The notes: generated from the letters alone by a model not told the origin. 60,536 nt of DNA, filler included, from Pseudomonadota bacterium (GCA_040387495.1; 4 parts of 4 records of this genome joined end to end with filler, not necessarily neighbours in it), one strand, 5' to 3'; positions 1 to 11,547 are shown, counted from the first letter of the whole stretch. Made by a program: numbers and translations.

Positions 1-128
1 CACCAGATCTTAACCCTATCGAAAAAAAATGGGCTCAAGCAAAAGCATTAAGAAGGCGCTTAGGAGGCAGCATCTACAACTTGTTTAAACACAATAAAAT
101 TTGATCACTTTAAACTTTAACTGCTATA
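1..128 (+). mobile_element. IS630-family element, 3' end (transposase C-terminus plus right end)
   Basis: Frame 3..104 reads PDLNPIEKKWAQAKALRRRLGGSIYNLFKHNKI* (IS630/Tc1 SPDLNPIE motif); followed by ATCACTTTAAACTTTAACTGCTATA ending in TA. Confidence 0.8.
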
Positions 129-215
129 CAGCACTTATGCAGAGCGCATAAAAAAACAGACTGTATCTATTTACAATCTGTTGATGTTTTCATGAAAACT
201 AATTTTGATAAAAAA

Positions 216-884
216 TTAACTGGCTTGTACTAATTTTTGCTCTGTTTGCGGAAAACGATGCTTTAAATAAGCTGATGCGCATTTTGCAATATCAGGGATT
301 CTGTTTTCAAAGAAATGATCCGCACCATCAAGTAATTGATAATCGATTTTAATGCCGCGTTGATTGCGTAGTTTTGTGACAAGAGCATCCACGGCAGGTT
401 GCGGCACGATTGTATCTTGCGTTCCTTGGATAATTTGTCCAGAGACGGGGCAAGGCGCCAAAAAATTAAAATCACAACGGTTTGCTGGTGGGCTTACCAC
501 AATAAAGCCTTCAAGTTCAGGGCGGCGCATTAACAATTGCATTCCAATCCATGCACCAAAAGAAAAACCACCCACCCAAAAATGGTCTGCAAGTGGATAG
601 GTTGATTGCAACCAGTCAAGTGCTGCTGCAGCATCACTGAGTTCGCCCTCTCCATTATCAAAGGATCCTTCGGAACGACCAACGCCACGGAAGTTAATAC
701 GGAGTGCACCAAATCCTCTGTCGATAAATGAACGATAGAGCGCATATACAATTTTGTTGTTCATATTGCCACCAGATTTTGGATCGGGATGCAAAAGGAG
801 AGCTATGGGCGAGTTTTTCGTCTGACCTGGATGATAGTGTCCCTCGATACGACCTGCAGGGCCATTAAATATAACATCTGGCAT
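216..884 (-). CDS. Alpha/beta hydrolase divergent from isc operon
   Basis: GFSFG nucleophile elbow, NFRGVGRSEG, GADHFF; start at MPDVIFNG chosen. Confidence 0.85.
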   Translation of the reverse strand: MPDVIFNGPAGRIEGHYHPGQTKNSPIALLLHPDPKSGGNMNNKIVYALYRSFIDRGFGALRINFRGVGRSEGSFDNGEGELSDAAAALDWLQSTYPLADHFWVGGFSFGAWIGMQLLMRRPELEGFIVVSPPANRCDFNFLAPCPVSGQIIQGTQDTIVPQPAVDALVTKLRNQRGIKIDYQLLDGADHFFENRIPDIAKCASAYLKHRFPQTEQKLVQAS

Positions 885-967
885 ACGAATTCTCCCGTAT
901 AATGTGGTGCATGGCAATTTGCCAGCAAATAAATGCAATGTACTTCTATAACATAATTCTCAAAAAG

Positions 968-991
968 TAACTTGACTTTTTTAGTCAGGAT
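968..991. promoter_or_regulatory. IscR type-1 binding site
   Basis: TAACTTGACTTTTTTAGTCAGGAT = GACT-N5-AGTC palindrome upstream of iscR. Confidence 0.75.
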
Positions 992-1116
992 GCCTACTTT
1001 GAGATATATACTAGACAATCTACTAACAATAGATGTCATAGACCATGTAAAACGCATTGAAGTGATATTAGCATGTTTTTAATTGAAAGTTCTATTGTCT
1101 TTTTGAGTTTTTTCGA

Positions 1117-1590
1117 ATGAAATTAAGCACAAAGGCGCGTTACGCCGTAATGGCATTGCTTGATATGTTAAAAGAAGGTAAGGAAACACCAGTTTCATTG
1201 GTTTCTATTTCCGAGCGGCAATCGTTGCCTTTACCATATTTAGAACAAATTTTTTTGAAATTGAGAAAAAATGGTATTATACAAAGTACACGTGGCTCAC
1301 AAGGTGGTTATTTATTTGCGCGGAATCCAGCTGAAATAACATTGTATGATATTGTCGTTTCTGTCGATAAAGAATTTAAATCGAGACGTTGCCTCAATGC
1401 AACAATGGGATGCCAGCCTGGCGGTGCACGTTGTTTGACGCATGATTTGTGGGCAAAGTTAGATGATACCGTAGAGTGTTTTTTTAAAAGTTTGACTTTA
1501 CGACATGTGATTGATCGGGATGTTAGTAGCATGGTTTTTTCAATGCAAACGCAAAGTAATAAAAACGAAGATAAGATAAAAGCGGCATGA
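1117..1590 (+). CDS. iscR: Rrf2-family Fe-S regulator IscR
   Basis: MKLSTKARYAV, YLEQIF, RGSQGGY, three Cys plus THDLW; first gene of isc operon. Confidence 0.92.
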   Translation: MKLSTKARYAVMALLDMLKEGKETPVSLVSISERQSLPLPYLEQIFLKLRKNGIIQSTRGSQGGYLFARNPAEITLYDIVVSVDKEFKSRRCLNATMGCQPGGARCLTHDLWAKLDDTVECFFKSLTLRHVIDRDVSSMVFSMQTQSNKNEDKIKAA

Positions 1591-2723
1591 CAGAAAAGAT
1601 AAAATCTATTAATCTTGATTATAATGCAACAGCACCAATGCGTTCAGGTGTTCGTGATGAAGTTATGCGTACAATGGATTTAATAAAAGGAAATCCATCG
1701 TCTATTCATAGCTTTGGAAGACATGCGCGAAGTATGCTTGAGATTGCACGAACACGTATTGCACATGCACTTTCGGTAGAATCAAAACAGATCATATTTA
1801 CGAGTGGGGCTACTGAGTCAAATAACATGGTTTTACGTGGGTTTAGAGGACCAGTTTTGGTATCTGCAGTTGAACACAGTTCGATTTTAGATGTGCGTGA
1901 TGATGTCACATTGGCCCCTGTTGACGAAAACGGTTTGGTACATCTTAGCTTTATTGAAAAATGGCTGCAGGAGCATCCTGGGCAATCGCTTGTTTCTGTT
2001 ATGACTGCCAATAATGAGACAGGGATTGTTCAGCCTATTGATGAAATTTCTGAACTATGTAAGCAAAACGGTGCTTTGTTTCATAGTGATATTGTGCAGG
2101 CTGTTGGCCGTATGCCTGTTAATATGCAATTATTTGATTGCGTGTCACTATCAGCGCACAAACTTGGTGGCCTGGCAGGTGTTGGTTGTGTTATTATAAA
2201 AGATGGATTCCCACTAAGCGCTTTGCTGAGGGGTGGTGGTCAAGAACGCTCATACCGTTCTGGAACAGAAAATCTAGTTGGTATTGTGGCTTTTGCTGCA
2301 GCTGTTGAAGAAACTATGGCGCAGGAAGAATCGAAAGAATGGCAACGTATTGATGTCCTTCGTCTTATGATGGAGAGTGCCCTTGAATCAATGAATACCC
2401 ATATTAAAATTATTGGAAAAAACACTAAACGACTAGCTAACACAACATGTGTGACAATGCCGGGAGCAAAAGCTGAAACACAAGTAATGCGGTTTGACCT
2501 TGAAGGGATCGCATTAAGTGCTGGTTCTGCTTGTTCATCTGGCAAGGTGAAGAAGTCACGTGTGTTGGCTGCGATGGGTATTTCAGATATTGTTGCGGAA
2601 ACAGCAATTCGAGTTAGCTTATCACCTAAAACAACACAATCAGATATCGAAAAATTTATATCCGTTTGGAAAAATATATACAATTCGATTATTCATAACA
2701 ATGAAGAGGCGAATGCAGCATGA
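1587..2723 (+). CDS. Cysteine desulfurase (NifS/IscS-like paralog)
   Basis: LDYNAT, SAHKLGG PLP lysine, SAGSACSS catalytic Cys. Confidence 0.9.
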   Translation: MTEKIKSINLDYNATAPMRSGVRDEVMRTMDLIKGNPSSIHSFGRHARSMLEIARTRIAHALSVESKQIIFTSGATESNNMVLRGFRGPVLVSAVEHSSILDVRDDVTLAPVDENGLVHLSFIEKWLQEHPGQSLVSVMTANNETGIVQPIDEISELCKQNGALFHSDIVQAVGRMPVNMQLFDCVSLSAHKLGGLAGVGCVIIKDGFPLSALLRGGGQERSYRSGTENLVGIVAFAAAVEETMAQEESKEWQRIDVLRLMMESALESMNTHIKIIGKNTKRLANTTCVTMPGAKAETQVMRFDLEGIALSAGSACSSGKVKKSRVLAAMGISDIVAETAIRVSLSPKTTQSDIEKFISVWKNIYNSIIHNNEEANAA

Positions 2724-3988
2724 GGAATATAATGAACTTAACACTACCCGTAAAATTGCCTTTGAATCACCTCATTCCAGAGGGACATATTTATATGGAT
2801 TATCAAGCATCAACCCCATGTGACCCGCGTGTGTTTGAGAAAATGTCACCTTATTTTTGTGGTGTATTTGGCAATCCACATTCACGTAACCATGTGTATG
2901 GTTGGCTTGCTGAAGAAGCAATTGAGCTAGCAAGGCATCAAGTGGCAGATCTTATTAATGCTGACGAGCGTGAAATTATTTTTACGAGTGGTGCTACTGA
3001 ATCTAACAATTTGGCAATTAAAGGTGTCGCGAGTTTTTACGGTGATCAAAGACGTCATATTGTCACATGTGTAACGGAACATAAATGTATTTTGGAATCA
3101 TGTCGTTCACTTGAAAAACAAGGATTTGACGTTACATATTTGCCTGTACAATCTAATGGTTTGATTGATCTGGAGTTGTTAGAAGCTAGTTTGTGCGATG
3201 ATACTCTGCTTGTCTCTATTATGGCAGTGAACAATGAAATTGGCGTTATTCAACCAATTACAGAGATTGGTGCGCTATGCCGCAAACGAAATATATTCTT
3301 CCACACAGATGCAGCGCAAGCTGTTGGTAAAATTCCACTTGATGTGGAGGCAATGAATATTGATTTGCTGAGCATATCTGGTCACAAGATGTACGCACCG
3401 AAAGGCATAGGTGCGCTTTATGTCCGACGTAAGCCGCGCGTACGTTTGAATGCATTGATTACTGGTGGTGGGCAAGAACGCGGTATGCGATCCGGCACAC
3501 TTCCTACGCCTCTTTGTGTAGGGTTAGGCCAAGCTGCATTTATTGCAAAAAATGAGATGGGTGAAGAGTCAAAACGAATTAAAGCGTTAACCGAGCGTAT
3601 ATTAAAAGGAATTCAGACAAAACTTCCAGAGGTTTACCTTAATGGTGATGTATCTATGCGGGCGCCAGGTAATTTGAATTTAAGTTTTGCACATGTTGAA
3701 GGTGAAGGTCTTATGATGGGGATTAAAGAATTATCTGTATCCTCAGGTTCAGCATGTACATCAGCATCACTTGAACCATCATACGTGTTGCGTGCAATTG
3801 GTGTTGAAGAAGGTCTTGCTCATACATCTATACGATTTGGCATCGGTCGTTTTACAACAGTCGCCGAAGTTGATCGGGCGATTGAAAAAATAATACTTGC
3901 CGTAGAACGTTTAAGGCAGATGAGTCCGCTTTGGGAAATGGCACAAGAAGGGATTGATATTAAATCAATCAAATGGGCTACGCATTAA
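2720..3988 (+). CDS. iscS: Cysteine desulfurase IscS
   Basis: [31 protein letters not shown]-terminus. Confidence 0.96.
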   Translation: MRNIMNLTLPVKLPLNHLIPEGHIYMDYQASTPCDPRVFEKMSPYFCGVFGNPHSRNHVYGWLAEEAIELARHQVADLINADEREIIFTSGATESNNLAIKGVASFYGDQRRHIVTCVTEHKCILESCRSLEKQGFDVTYLPVQSNGLIDLELLEASLCDDTLLVSIMAVNNEIGVIQPITEIGALCRKRNIFFHTDAAQAVGKIPLDVEAMNIDLLSISGHKMYAPKGIGALYVRRKPRVRLNALITGGGQERGMRSGTLPTPLCVGLGQAAFIAKNEMGEESKRIKALTERILKGIQTKLPEVYLNGDVSMRAPGNLNLSFAHVEGEGLMMGIKELSVSSGSACTSASLEPSYVLRAIGVEEGLAHTSIRFGIGRFTTVAEVDRAIEKIILAVERLRQMSPLWEMAQEGIDIKSIKWATH

Positions 3989-4015
3989 GCGTTTATAAAA
4001 TCAAGGAGAGAAACC

Positions 4016-4420
4016 ATGGCATACAGCAGCAAAGTTATTGAACATTATGAAAACCCACATAACGTGGGAACACTGAACAAAGAAGATCCAACCGTCGGCA
4101 CTGGTCTTGTGGGTGCGCCGGCATGTGGAGATGTGATGCGTCTTCAAATAAAAGTAAATCCTAATGGTACTATTGAAGATGCAAAATTCAAGACTTTCGG
4201 CTGTGGCTCCGCGATTGCGTCTTCCTCAGTCGTTACGGATTGGATAAAAGGCAAGAACCTAGATGAAGCGCTTGAAGTTAAAAATACTGAAATCGCCAGT
4301 TATTTAGCATTACCACCGGTTAAGATTCATTGCTCTGTTTTAGCAGAAGACGCTATACGTGCAGCGATTGATGATTATAAAGCAAAACAAAATTCAACAA
4401 AATCTGTGGAAGCAGCATAA
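4016..4420 (+). CDS. iscU: Fe-S scaffold IscU
   Basis: GAPACGDVM, FGCGSAIAS, LPPVKIHC. Confidence 0.97.
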   Translation: MAYSSKVIEHYENPHNVGTLNKEDPTVGTGLVGAPACGDVMRLQIKVNPNGTIEDAKFKTFGCGSAIASSSVVTDWIKGKNLDEALEVKNTEIASYLALPPVKIHCSVLAEDAIRAAIDDYKAKQNSTKSVEAA

Positions 4421-4424
4421 GATT

Positions 4425-4757
4425 ATGAGATCCCCTATTACCCTTACTGAACAAGCAGTCCATCGCATTCAAATGCTTCTTGATGGCCGCGGGAAGCCAT
4501 CTCTTGGGATTCGCATTGGTGTGAATACGAAAGGTTGTTCAGGGTTGTCTTATACATTGGAGTTTGCCGATGAAGTGAATCCTTTTGACGAAACTGTGAA
4601 GGTTGACAATGTAACGGTTTTTATTGATCCAAAGGCAACGCTTTTTATTTTAGGAACTGAAATGGATTTTGTAGAAGATAAAATGCAATCGGGTTTCACT
4701 TTTAACAATCCTAATGAAAAAGGTCGTTGTGGGTGCGGAAAATCATTTCATGTTTGA
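4425..4757 (+). CDS. iscA: A-type Fe-S carrier IscA
   Basis: GCSGLSY, CGCGKSF; ATG at 4425. Confidence 0.95.
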   Translation: MRSPITLTEQAVHRIQMLLDGRGKPSLGIRIGVNTKGCSGLSYTLEFADEVNPFDETVKVDNVTVFIDPKATLFILGTEMDFVEDKMQSGFTFNNPNEKGRCGCGKSFHV

Positions 4758-4794
4758 GAGTAATAACGGGACCTATTTTTCGGTAACATATTAA

Positions 4795-5364
4795 ATGCAA
4801 AAAATATTACAACATAATCAAAATGCAGTTCACCGAAGGACACCCTTTGACCTGTTATCAGTTAAGCCTGCCTATCTTTTGGATTGGTGCTTACTTGATC
4901 ATAATTTAGCTGCTCTGCAAGAAACACTTCATCCTGATCTATACCCTAATGGGTCCCAAGAACGAGATATTGCTGATTCTATGTCGAGTGCAATTAATAA
5001 TGCGTATGCAATTTTGAAAGATCCTATTCAGCGTGCAAGAGCTTTGTTGTCATTGAGTAATATTTCTATTCCAGGTGAAAACGGCAAAACAATTAATGAA
5101 CCAGAGTTGATGGAAGAAGCGCTTTCATTAAAAGAATTATTGGAAGAAGCAACTATAAAAAATGATTTTGATACATTACTACAAACCCTGAGTGCTAAGC
5201 AGTGTATTTTGGAAGATCAATTTAATTCAGCTTTTTTAACTAATAATAAAATTGGAATGCAGAATGCATATGTTCAACTTTCTTTTTGTATTAAAACCCT
5301 AAATGATGCAAAGAATCTTTGTTTTAAAAGTATGGAGAAGTTAAATGTTGCTCCAACTCACTGA
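4795..5364 (+). CDS. hscB: Fe-S co-chaperone HscB
   Basis: J-domain [14 protein letters not shown]; operon position. Confidence 0.85.
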   Translation: MQKILQHNQNAVHRRTPFDLLSVKPAYLLDWCLLDHNLAALQETLHPDLYPNGSQERDIADSMSSAINNAYAILKDPIQRARALLSLSNISIPGENGKTINEPELMEEALSLKELLEEATIKNDFDTLLQTLSAKQCILEDQFNSAFLTNNKIGMQNAYVQLSFCIKTLNDAKNLCFKSMEKLNVAPTH

Positions 5365-7066
5365 GCCATCAAGAACAGAAAAGAATGCTTCACTTGAACC
5401 TTTGTCATATGCCATTGGCATTGATCTTGGTACAACGCATTCTGTTGTTGCTGTTGCTCGTTCAAAAACAGAAATAGAAGTTCTTGTGATTGATGACAGC
5501 ACATTGGTGCCATCCGTTGTTGCCTATATGAATGATGTCGCTGTTGTTGGAAGCAAAGCCAACATGATATCAGATTCCTTTTCATCATTTAAACGTTTTA
5601 TGGATAAACCAGCCGTTTCAATACGTGATGATAAATCGCCAGTGCTTTTGTCTGCTGAGGTTTTAAAAAAGCTTCGGAATGACGCTGAATCAATTTTAAA
5701 AAAACCTGTTACAAAAGCGGTTATTACAGTGCCAGCTTATTTTGATGATACGGCTCGCCAAGCAACAAAAGATGCCGCCACGCTTGCAGGACTTGAAGTG
5801 TTACGTTTGTTAAGTGAGCCAACCGCTGCGGCATTAGCTTATGGTCTAGACCAACAAGTTTTGAATCAACAACCTGATGGAGTCTACGCCATTTACGATC
5901 TTGGTGGGGGCACGTTTGACCTCTCATTATTAAAAATGAGTAAAGGTGTATTTCAAGTGCTTGCTACGGGTGGTGACACTCAGTTAGGTGGCGATGATAT
6001 TGATGATTCGATTGTAAAGCATTGGAATAAGAGTGGAGAGCATTACCTGAAAATGGCGCGTACAGCTAAGGAATCACTCTCAGAAGTCGCTGCGTGGGGA
6101 CAAGATGATCTGCTGTTAGCGCGAGATGAGTTGGAAAAACTAGCTAAACCAATTCTTGATAAAACCATCGCTGTGACAAAGCACGTTATGTATGATGCAA
6201 ATTTACTACCAGATGCCATACAGGGAGTTGTCTTGGTGGGTGGTGCGACACGTATGCCACTTGTTAGGGCAATTGTTACTGATATTTTTAAGCAAACCCC
6301 TCTCGCCAATCTTGATCCTGATCAAGTAGTTGCGCGTGGTGCAGCGATGCAAGCATATATGCTTACACAAGGGCAGGGGACACTTCTTTTAGATGTGACG
6401 CCTTTGTCACTCGGCATTGAAATGATGGGTGGACTCGTCGAACATCTTATACCGCGTAATACACCAATCCCAATGCGCGTGAGTCAGGAATTTACAACGT
6501 ATGAAAATAACCAAACAGCTATTGAATTTCATATTGTACAAGGTGAGCGTGAACTAACCACAGATTGCAGATCGCTCGCACGGTTTACGTTAACAGATAT
6601 TCCACCAAAGCCTGCTGGCGTTGCGCGTGTTTCTGTTACATTTCAACTGGATGCTGATGGATTGTTATCTGTGGAAGCGTTTGAGACAACTACACAAAAA
6701 AAACAAACAATCCTTGTTAAACCAAGTTATGGTTTGTCAGAAGAAAAACTTCGCTGTATGCTGTTTGAAAGCCAGGAAAATGGGCTTGAAGATATGAAGA
6801 AGCGTCAGCTGATTGAGGCAAGGGTTGATGCTGAGCGTCTTTTGCGCTATTGTCAATCGGCAATAGCAGAAGATGGACATTTGCTGGATGTTGGTGAAGT
6901 AGAGTCATTAGCAGTGATTCTTTCCGATGTGGAAAGTGTATTAAATTCAGAAAATCGCGAAGAAATTCGTGAGCAGATCGATCGCCTAAAGCAGGCCACT
7001 GCACAGTTTGCTGCTGCTCGGATGAATTTTGCGATTCAAAAGAAGCTTGTTGGAAATAAAATTTAA
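5345..7066 (+). CDS. hscA: Fe-S chaperone HscA (Hsp70 family)
   Basis: [26 protein letters not shown]; between hscB and fdx. Confidence 0.93.
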   Translation: MLLQLTEPSRTEKNASLEPLSYAIGIDLGTTHSVVAVARSKTEIEVLVIDDSTLVPSVVAYMNDVAVVGSKANMISDSFSSFKRFMDKPAVSIRDDKSPVLLSAEVLKKLRNDAESILKKPVTKAVITVPAYFDDTARQATKDAATLAGLEVLRLLSEPTAAALAYGLDQQVLNQQPDGVYAIYDLGGGTFDLSLLKMSKGVFQVLATGGDTQLGGDDIDDSIVKHWNKSGEHYLKMARTAKESLSEVAAWGQDDLLLARDELEKLAKPILDKTIAVTKHVMYDANLLPDAIQGVVLVGGATRMPLVRAIVTDIFKQTPLANLDPDQVVARGAAMQAYMLTQGQGTLLLDVTPLSLGIEMMGGLVEHLIPRNTPIPMRVSQEFTTYENNQTAIEFHIVQGERELTTDCRSLARFTLTDIPPKPAGVARVSVTFQLDADGLLSVEAFETTTQKKQTILVKPSYGLSEEKLRCMLFESQENGLEDMKKRQLIEARVDAERLLRYCQSAIAEDGHLLDVGEVESLAVILSDVESVLNSENREEIREQIDRLKQATAQFAAARMNFAIQKKLVGNKI

Positions 7067-7082
7067 AGTATAGGAAAAAAAT

Positions 7083-7412
7083 ATGGCACATATGAAATTT
7101 ATAACAGCTGATGGTAAAACTCACGAAGTTGATGCACCACTTGGATTGTCTGTTTTAGAAATTGCTCACCGCAATAAAATTGACCTTGAAGGCGCCTGTG
7201 AAGGATCATTAGCATGTTCAACGTGTCATGTTATCGTTGAATCTGAGTGGTATGACTTATTGTCTGAAGCAACAGAAGATGAAGAAGATATGTTAGATTT
7301 AGCCTTTGGTCTTACACATACATCACGCCTTGGTTGCCAAATTACAATGACGGATGAGTTGGATGGGTTAACTGTTCGGGTACCTTCAGGTACGCGGAAT
7401 ATGCAGGTATAA
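7083..7412 (+). CDS. fdx: 2Fe-2S ferredoxin
   Basis: [11 protein letters not shown]...SRLGCQ. Confidence 0.95.
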   Translation: MAHMKFITADGKTHEVDAPLGLSVLEIAHRNKIDLEGACEGSLACSTCHVIVESEWYDLLSEATEDEEDMLDLAFGLTHTSRLGCQITMTDELDGLTVRVPSGTRNMQV

Positions 7413-7417
7413 AAAAC

Positions 7418-7612
7418 GTGCGCTGGATAGATGTTCATGATATAGCAATTGCCCTAGAGGATACCTATCCGACTGTGGATATTTTATCTGTTCGGTTTAC
7501 TGATTTGTGGAAATGGGTGCAAGCATTGCCCGGATTTGATGATGATTCAGAACGAAGTAATGAACGGATCTTAGAGGCTATTCAAATGGCATGGTTGAGT
7601 GAGAGAGATTAA
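7418..7612 (+). CDS. iscX: Fe-S assembly protein IscX
   Basis: W.D..DIAIAL, RFTDL, ILEAIQMAW. Confidence 0.92.
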   Translation: MRWIDVHDIAIALEDTYPTVDILSVRFTDLWKWVQALPGFDDDSERSNERILEAIQMAWLSERD

Positions 7613-7617
7613 ATGAA

Positions 7618-7656
7618 AAATGTCCCAAGCAATTAAGCAAGGGGCATTTGTTTTTT
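7618..7656. terminator. Intrinsic terminator after isc operon (probably bidirectional)
   Basis: AAATGTCCC...GGGGCATTT stem with T-run on + and A-run upstream. Confidence 0.55.
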
Positions 7657-7669
7657 GACAGTATAAAAA

Positions 7670-8632
7670 TTAAATACTAATTGTTTTTACTGTGAATGTG
7701 TTTGATTCAATCTTTATTGATTGCAGAAGAATGTCTGGTTTTACTGATTTTCTAGCTGATACCATCTGATTTGTAATGCCATTTGCTTGATCTGCGGCAT
7801 TTGTAAGGGTACCCGTTGCTGATTCAGCAACGTTACTTGCAGTATTGGCTACATTAGCAATTTTATCCTGGAAAGCTTGAAGTCCTCCGAAGATGCCCCC
7901 ACCGAGACCGCCTTCAGCACTAGTTTTTTTTACTTCTCCGCTTGCGGGGGCTGTTCCTTTTGCAGGCTTACCTTTTTGATTTTGAATTTGTGCGTTTAAA
8001 GCAGCTTTTTGTTCAATTTGTTGGTTTGTCAGTTTGGAACTAGGATCCGCCATTTTAGCGCCTTTAAGTACTGCCAATTCTTGCTCACGTGCAGTCTTCT
8101 TTGCTTGAGATAGTTCTTTTTGCACATTAAAATCTTTTATAATGATTGCATGATTATCATTAGCTTCTTTAAATTGTAACGCTTTTTCATCATTTAATCG
8201 CTTAATTTCAGCTGTGTGATCAGTTGTAGCTTGTTTGATTTTTTCATTAATATTTTTAATAGTTTCACTATGATTAAGTATTTTACGCTTAAGTCTATCT
8301 GCACCTTCATTTCCAGCAGCGCGATTAGCTTCTTGTACTTCTTTTTCAGTTGTTTGTAGTTCTCTTTGTTTTTCTTGTTGTTTTTCTGCTAATTCTTTAA
8401 GTTCAGCCATCACAGCGGCTTTCTTAGCTTTGGCATCCTCTAACTGTTGCGCAGCATCAGATAAAGTTTCAGTTAGGTCCGCCTCTTCTTGCAATTCTTC
8501 TTTAGCAAAAATTCTTTTTGCTGAAGGGATTGCTGAAGATTGGTTGGCTACAACACTTCCATCAGACATAGCATCCTGTATGCTATATGCTATAAAAATG
8601 CTGCTTAATAAAAATAATTTAATTTTTTTCAT
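7670..8632 (-). CDS. Secreted coiled-coil hypothetical protein
   Basis: MKKIKLFLLSS signal peptide; E/K/Q/A heptad-rich; 320 aa. Confidence 0.75.
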   Translation of the reverse strand: MKKIKLFLLSSIFIAYSIQDAMSDGSVVANQSSAIPSAKRIFAKEELQEEADLTETLSDAAQQLEDAKAKKAAVMAELKELAEKQQEKQRELQTTEKEVQEANRAAGNEGADRLKRKILNHSETIKNINEKIKQATTDHTAEIKRLNDEKALQFKEANDNHAIIIKDFNVQKELSQAKKTAREQELAVLKGAKMADPSSKLTNQQIEQKAALNAQIQNQKGKPAKGTAPASGEVKKTSAEGGLGGGIFGGLQAFQDKIANVANTASNVAESATGTLTNAADQANGITNQMVSARKSVKPDILLQSIKIESNTFTVKTISI

Positions 8633-8686
8633 CTTGAGAATTCCAAAGTTATTAGATTTTATAGATTCATCATAAATCTAAAATTA

Positions 8687-8701
8687 TTAATGAGTAGTTA
8701 A
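8687..8701. promoter_or_regulatory. CtrA-type box
   Basis: TTAA-TGAGTAG-TTAA upstream of 7670..8632. Confidence 0.45.
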
Positions 8702-8822
8702 TTTGGAAAATATTTCATGCACTATTTTTGCAGAAAATAAAAACCTTGAGGTTTTATCCCCAAGGTTTATTGATGCTAGGTGTATAATCTGAAATTTATA
8801 TTTCAATATTGAAATTAAGTAA

Positions 8823-9218
8823 CTACGGCTTCTTTGTACTGCTAAGTGGTGTTGCAGATGCTCCTGCACTTGTTAGTGTCCCTGATGCTAATTTTTTAGC
8901 CTCAACTTCTTGTTTCATTAAGTCATCTATTTCCTTCTGATTTTGTTTGTCATACTCGCTTCTTTCAATTTTCTTTGCTTTAACTTGCTCTTGTAGTTCC
9001 TGCAAAGCTTTAGCTAGCAATACTTTTTGCTGTTTTTTTAGTTCCTCAATTTTTATTTTTGCTGCATCGCTAGAAGCTTTTCGTTCAGCTTCTGTCGTGA
9101 TTATTTCTTGTTGTATGGCTTCTGCTTGTTCTGATGCTGCTCCGCCACGTTCTTCTGCGAATGCATTGCCAATTATAAAAAAACTTGTTGTTAATAAGCA
9201 TAATGTCATCTTCTTCAT
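8823..9218 (-). CDS. Secreted coiled-coil hypothetical protein
   Basis: Signal peptide ending AFA; E/K/Q-rich helix; hairpin at about 8741-8768 downstream. Confidence 0.75.
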   Translation of the reverse strand: MKKMTLCLLTTSFFIIGNAFAEERGGAASEQAEAIQQEIITTEAERKASSDAAKIKIEELKKQQKVLLAKALQELQEQVKAKKIERSEYDKQNQKEIDDLMKQEVEAKKLASGTLTSAGASATPLSSTKKP

Positions 9219-9269
9219 TTTAATATTCCATAAAATAGTTTTTATAGTGTTATTTTAATGTAAGATCAA

Positions 9270-9284
9270 TTAATAAATTATTAA
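9270..9284. promoter_or_regulatory. CtrA-type box
   Basis: TTAA-TAAATTA-TTAA between divergent genes. Confidence 0.4.
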
Positions 9285-9383
9285 TTCCACATCATATTGT
9301 ACAAAAACTCTTAACATTACCTGATACCTTTGTGTGGAAATTTTATGTATACTCGTTTTAATCATTCAAAAATATTCAAATTT

Positions 9384-10181
9384 ATGCGTCGCACATCAAA
9401 ATCTGGAACAACTGCACTCATCTTAGGTTATGCATTTTTGTACCTACCAATTATTTTTTTAGTAACATTTTCATTTAATGAATCTAGGCTTCCTGGTGTC
9501 TGGACAGGATTTTCATTGCGTTGGTATACGTTACTATTTGAAAATACTGCACTTATCCGGGCGGTATCTACTAGTTTTCAAATTGCGGCTATGGCAGCTA
9601 CGTTCTCGGTTGTTTTAGGAACATTTGCTGCAATTGCAATGATACGTTTTGGGAATTTCAAAGGACGGACGTTGTTTAGTGGGTTGATTTCGGCGCCACT
9701 TGTCATGCCAGAGGTAATTACAGGGCTAGCGTTGCTTTTAATGTTCGTAACGTTTGAACGATTAATCGGCTGGCCATCTGAACGCGGCATGATGACAATT
9801 ACTATTGCGCACACAACACTTGCATTATCGTATGTATATCTGGTGGTAAGGTCTCGACTTTTGGATTTTGATCGATCATTAGAAGAAGCAGCGCAAGATC
9901 TGGGTGCCCGCCCGGTTACAGTATTTTTGACTATTACTTTGCCGCTGATTGCGCCAGCTTTGATGGCCGGGTGGTTGTTGGCTTTTGCATTGTCGCTTGA
10001 TGATGTTGTACTGGCAAGTTTTTTATCTGGACCAGGTGCGACAACATTGCCTATTTTAATTTTCTCAAGTGTGCGATTAGGCGTTACGCCCGAGATTAAT
10101 GCTTTGGCATCGATTATTGTAGGAATTGTCAGTATTGGTGTTTTGATTGTCGGGTTAATTTTTGTGCGTTCAAAAGACTAG
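9384..10181 (+). CDS. potI: Polyamine ABC transporter permease (PotI/PotC-like)
   Basis: FLYLPI...FSFN, EEAAQDLGA EAA motif, GVTPEINAL; start uncertain (9330/9345/9384). Confidence 0.85.
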   Translation: MRRTSKSGTTALILGYAFLYLPIIFLVTFSFNESRLPGVWTGFSLRWYTLLFENTALIRAVSTSFQIAAMAATFSVVLGTFAAIAMIRFGNFKGRTLFSGLISAPLVMPEVITGLALLLMFVTFERLIGWPSERGMMTITIAHTTLALSYVYLVVRSRLLDFDRSLEEAAQDLGARPVTVFLTITLPLIAPALMAGWLLAFALSLDDVVLASFLSGPGATTLPILIFSSVRLGVTPEINALASIIVGIVSIGVLIVGLIFVRSKD

Positions 10182-10183
10182 AA

Positions 10184-10711
10184 ATGAAAGTTTTTTGCAT
10201 AATGAAATATCTCATTATTTTCTTTATATGCATTTGTGTAGTCCAATCTGCAACAAACACTGTCGGAACATCTGTTCCTATGACTACAAAAGCGACGCAT
10301 ATCGTTGTTAAAAAGGCTGAACGCAAGATGATGCTTTATGCAAAAGATAAATTGCTTAAAACCTATAGCATTAGTTTAGGTGGAAATCCAATTGGTCATA
10401 AAAAGCAAGAAGGTGATAGTAAAACACCCGAGGGAAATTACACGATTTCACATGAGAATGCTGCTAGTCGTTTTCATAAATCACTTAAAATCTCTTATCC
10501 GAATACAATGGATTGCGCAAATGCGAAGAACTTAGGTGTGTCAGCAGGTGGTGATGTGATGATTCATGGACTTGGTAAAGGATTCTCATTTCTTGGTAAG
10601 TTGCATACATTGCAGGATTGGACACTTGGTTGTGTTGCTGTGACCAATGAAGAAATCGATGAAATTTGGAAAATGGTTGATGCGGGGACCCCACTTCAGA
10701 TTGATCCTTAG
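10184..10711 (+). CDS. L,D-transpeptidase (YkuD family)
   Basis: EGDSKTPEG, IHG...WTLGC catalytic motif, N-terminal hydrophobic segment. Confidence 0.88.
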   Translation: MKVFCIMKYLIIFFICICVVQSATNTVGTSVPMTTKATHIVVKKAERKMMLYAKDKLLKTYSISLGGNPIGHKKQEGDSKTPEGNYTISHENAASRFHKSLKISYPNTMDCANAKNLGVSAGGDVMIHGLGKGFSFLGKLHTLQDWTLGCVAVTNEEIDEIWKMVDAGTPLQIDP

Positions 10712-10740
10712 TGCTTTATAAATTTCTAATTTCATTAAAC

Positions 10741-11547
10741 CTAGGCAAGCACGCCATGTAACTGTACAGGGTTTTCAACGCCTGCAAGCATCGTTAAAAA
10801 CGTATGTTGACGATCAAGATGTGTTGTTTTTGAATCAGCCCAAAAACGTGTGAGCGTTAACCACAGTTCTGCTGATTGTCCATTTTTTGTTACAAGAGTC
10901 TCATGGTAAATAACATCAAAAAGGGTTGTTGCCAGTGTATCATAAATAACTTTGTCACCAGAAATAACACGATCACAAATTTGTTGGATACGGGAAAAAT
11001 TTCCTTGTCGTGCAAGGTTTAGCAGTTCAGTTGCTTCGTTTCTATGCGGTAGCACAAAACCATCCACATCTTCCTCGCTGATTGATAGAATCTGACAGCG
11101 TGACCGAATAGTTGGCAGCAGTGTGCCAAGCGATTGACACAGCAACAAGAACAATGTCCGTTGCGGCGGTTCTTCAAGGCTTTTAAGCAAACTGTTAGCA
11201 CAAAAGCGATTTAGGTGCGTCACTTGGTCAATTAGGATAATACGCCAACCAGGAATGAGTGGGCTTTTGTTTAAGAAATCAGGTAAAATTGCTAATTGGT
11301 CAATGACGATTTCAGCGGCCTCTTCATTCTTTTGTAATAGCAACAGATTGCCGAAAGACCCATTTTTAATATGGCGTTCAACAAGCTCAGCCCGCATGCC
11401 ATGTCCGTTAATGGGAGAGGTGAAAACGTAGTGTATTAGTTTGTCTGCAAAGGTACGCGTCTTTTCTGGTTTGCCGTGAATCAACCAACACGGTGCCAAG
11501 TGTCCTGTGTCAAATAGTTCTGTGAGCCGTTTTAAATCATTATTCAT
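10741..11547 (-). CDS. holB: DNA polymerase III delta' subunit
   Basis: ANSLLKSLEEPP, LLPTIRSRCQ. Confidence 0.85.
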   Translation of the reverse strand: MNNDLKRLTELFDTGHLAPCWLIHGKPEKTRTFADKLIHYVFTSPINGHGMRAELVERHIKNGSFGNLLLLQKNEEAAEIVIDQLAILPDFLNKSPLIPGWRIILIDQVTHLNRFCANSLLKSLEEPPQRTLFLLLCQSLGTLLPTIRSRCQILSISEEDVDGFVLPHRNEATELLNLARQGNFSRIQQICDRVISGDKVIYDTLATTLFDVIYHETLVTKNGQSAELWLTLTRFWADSKTTHLDRQHTFLTMLAGVENPVQLHGVLA

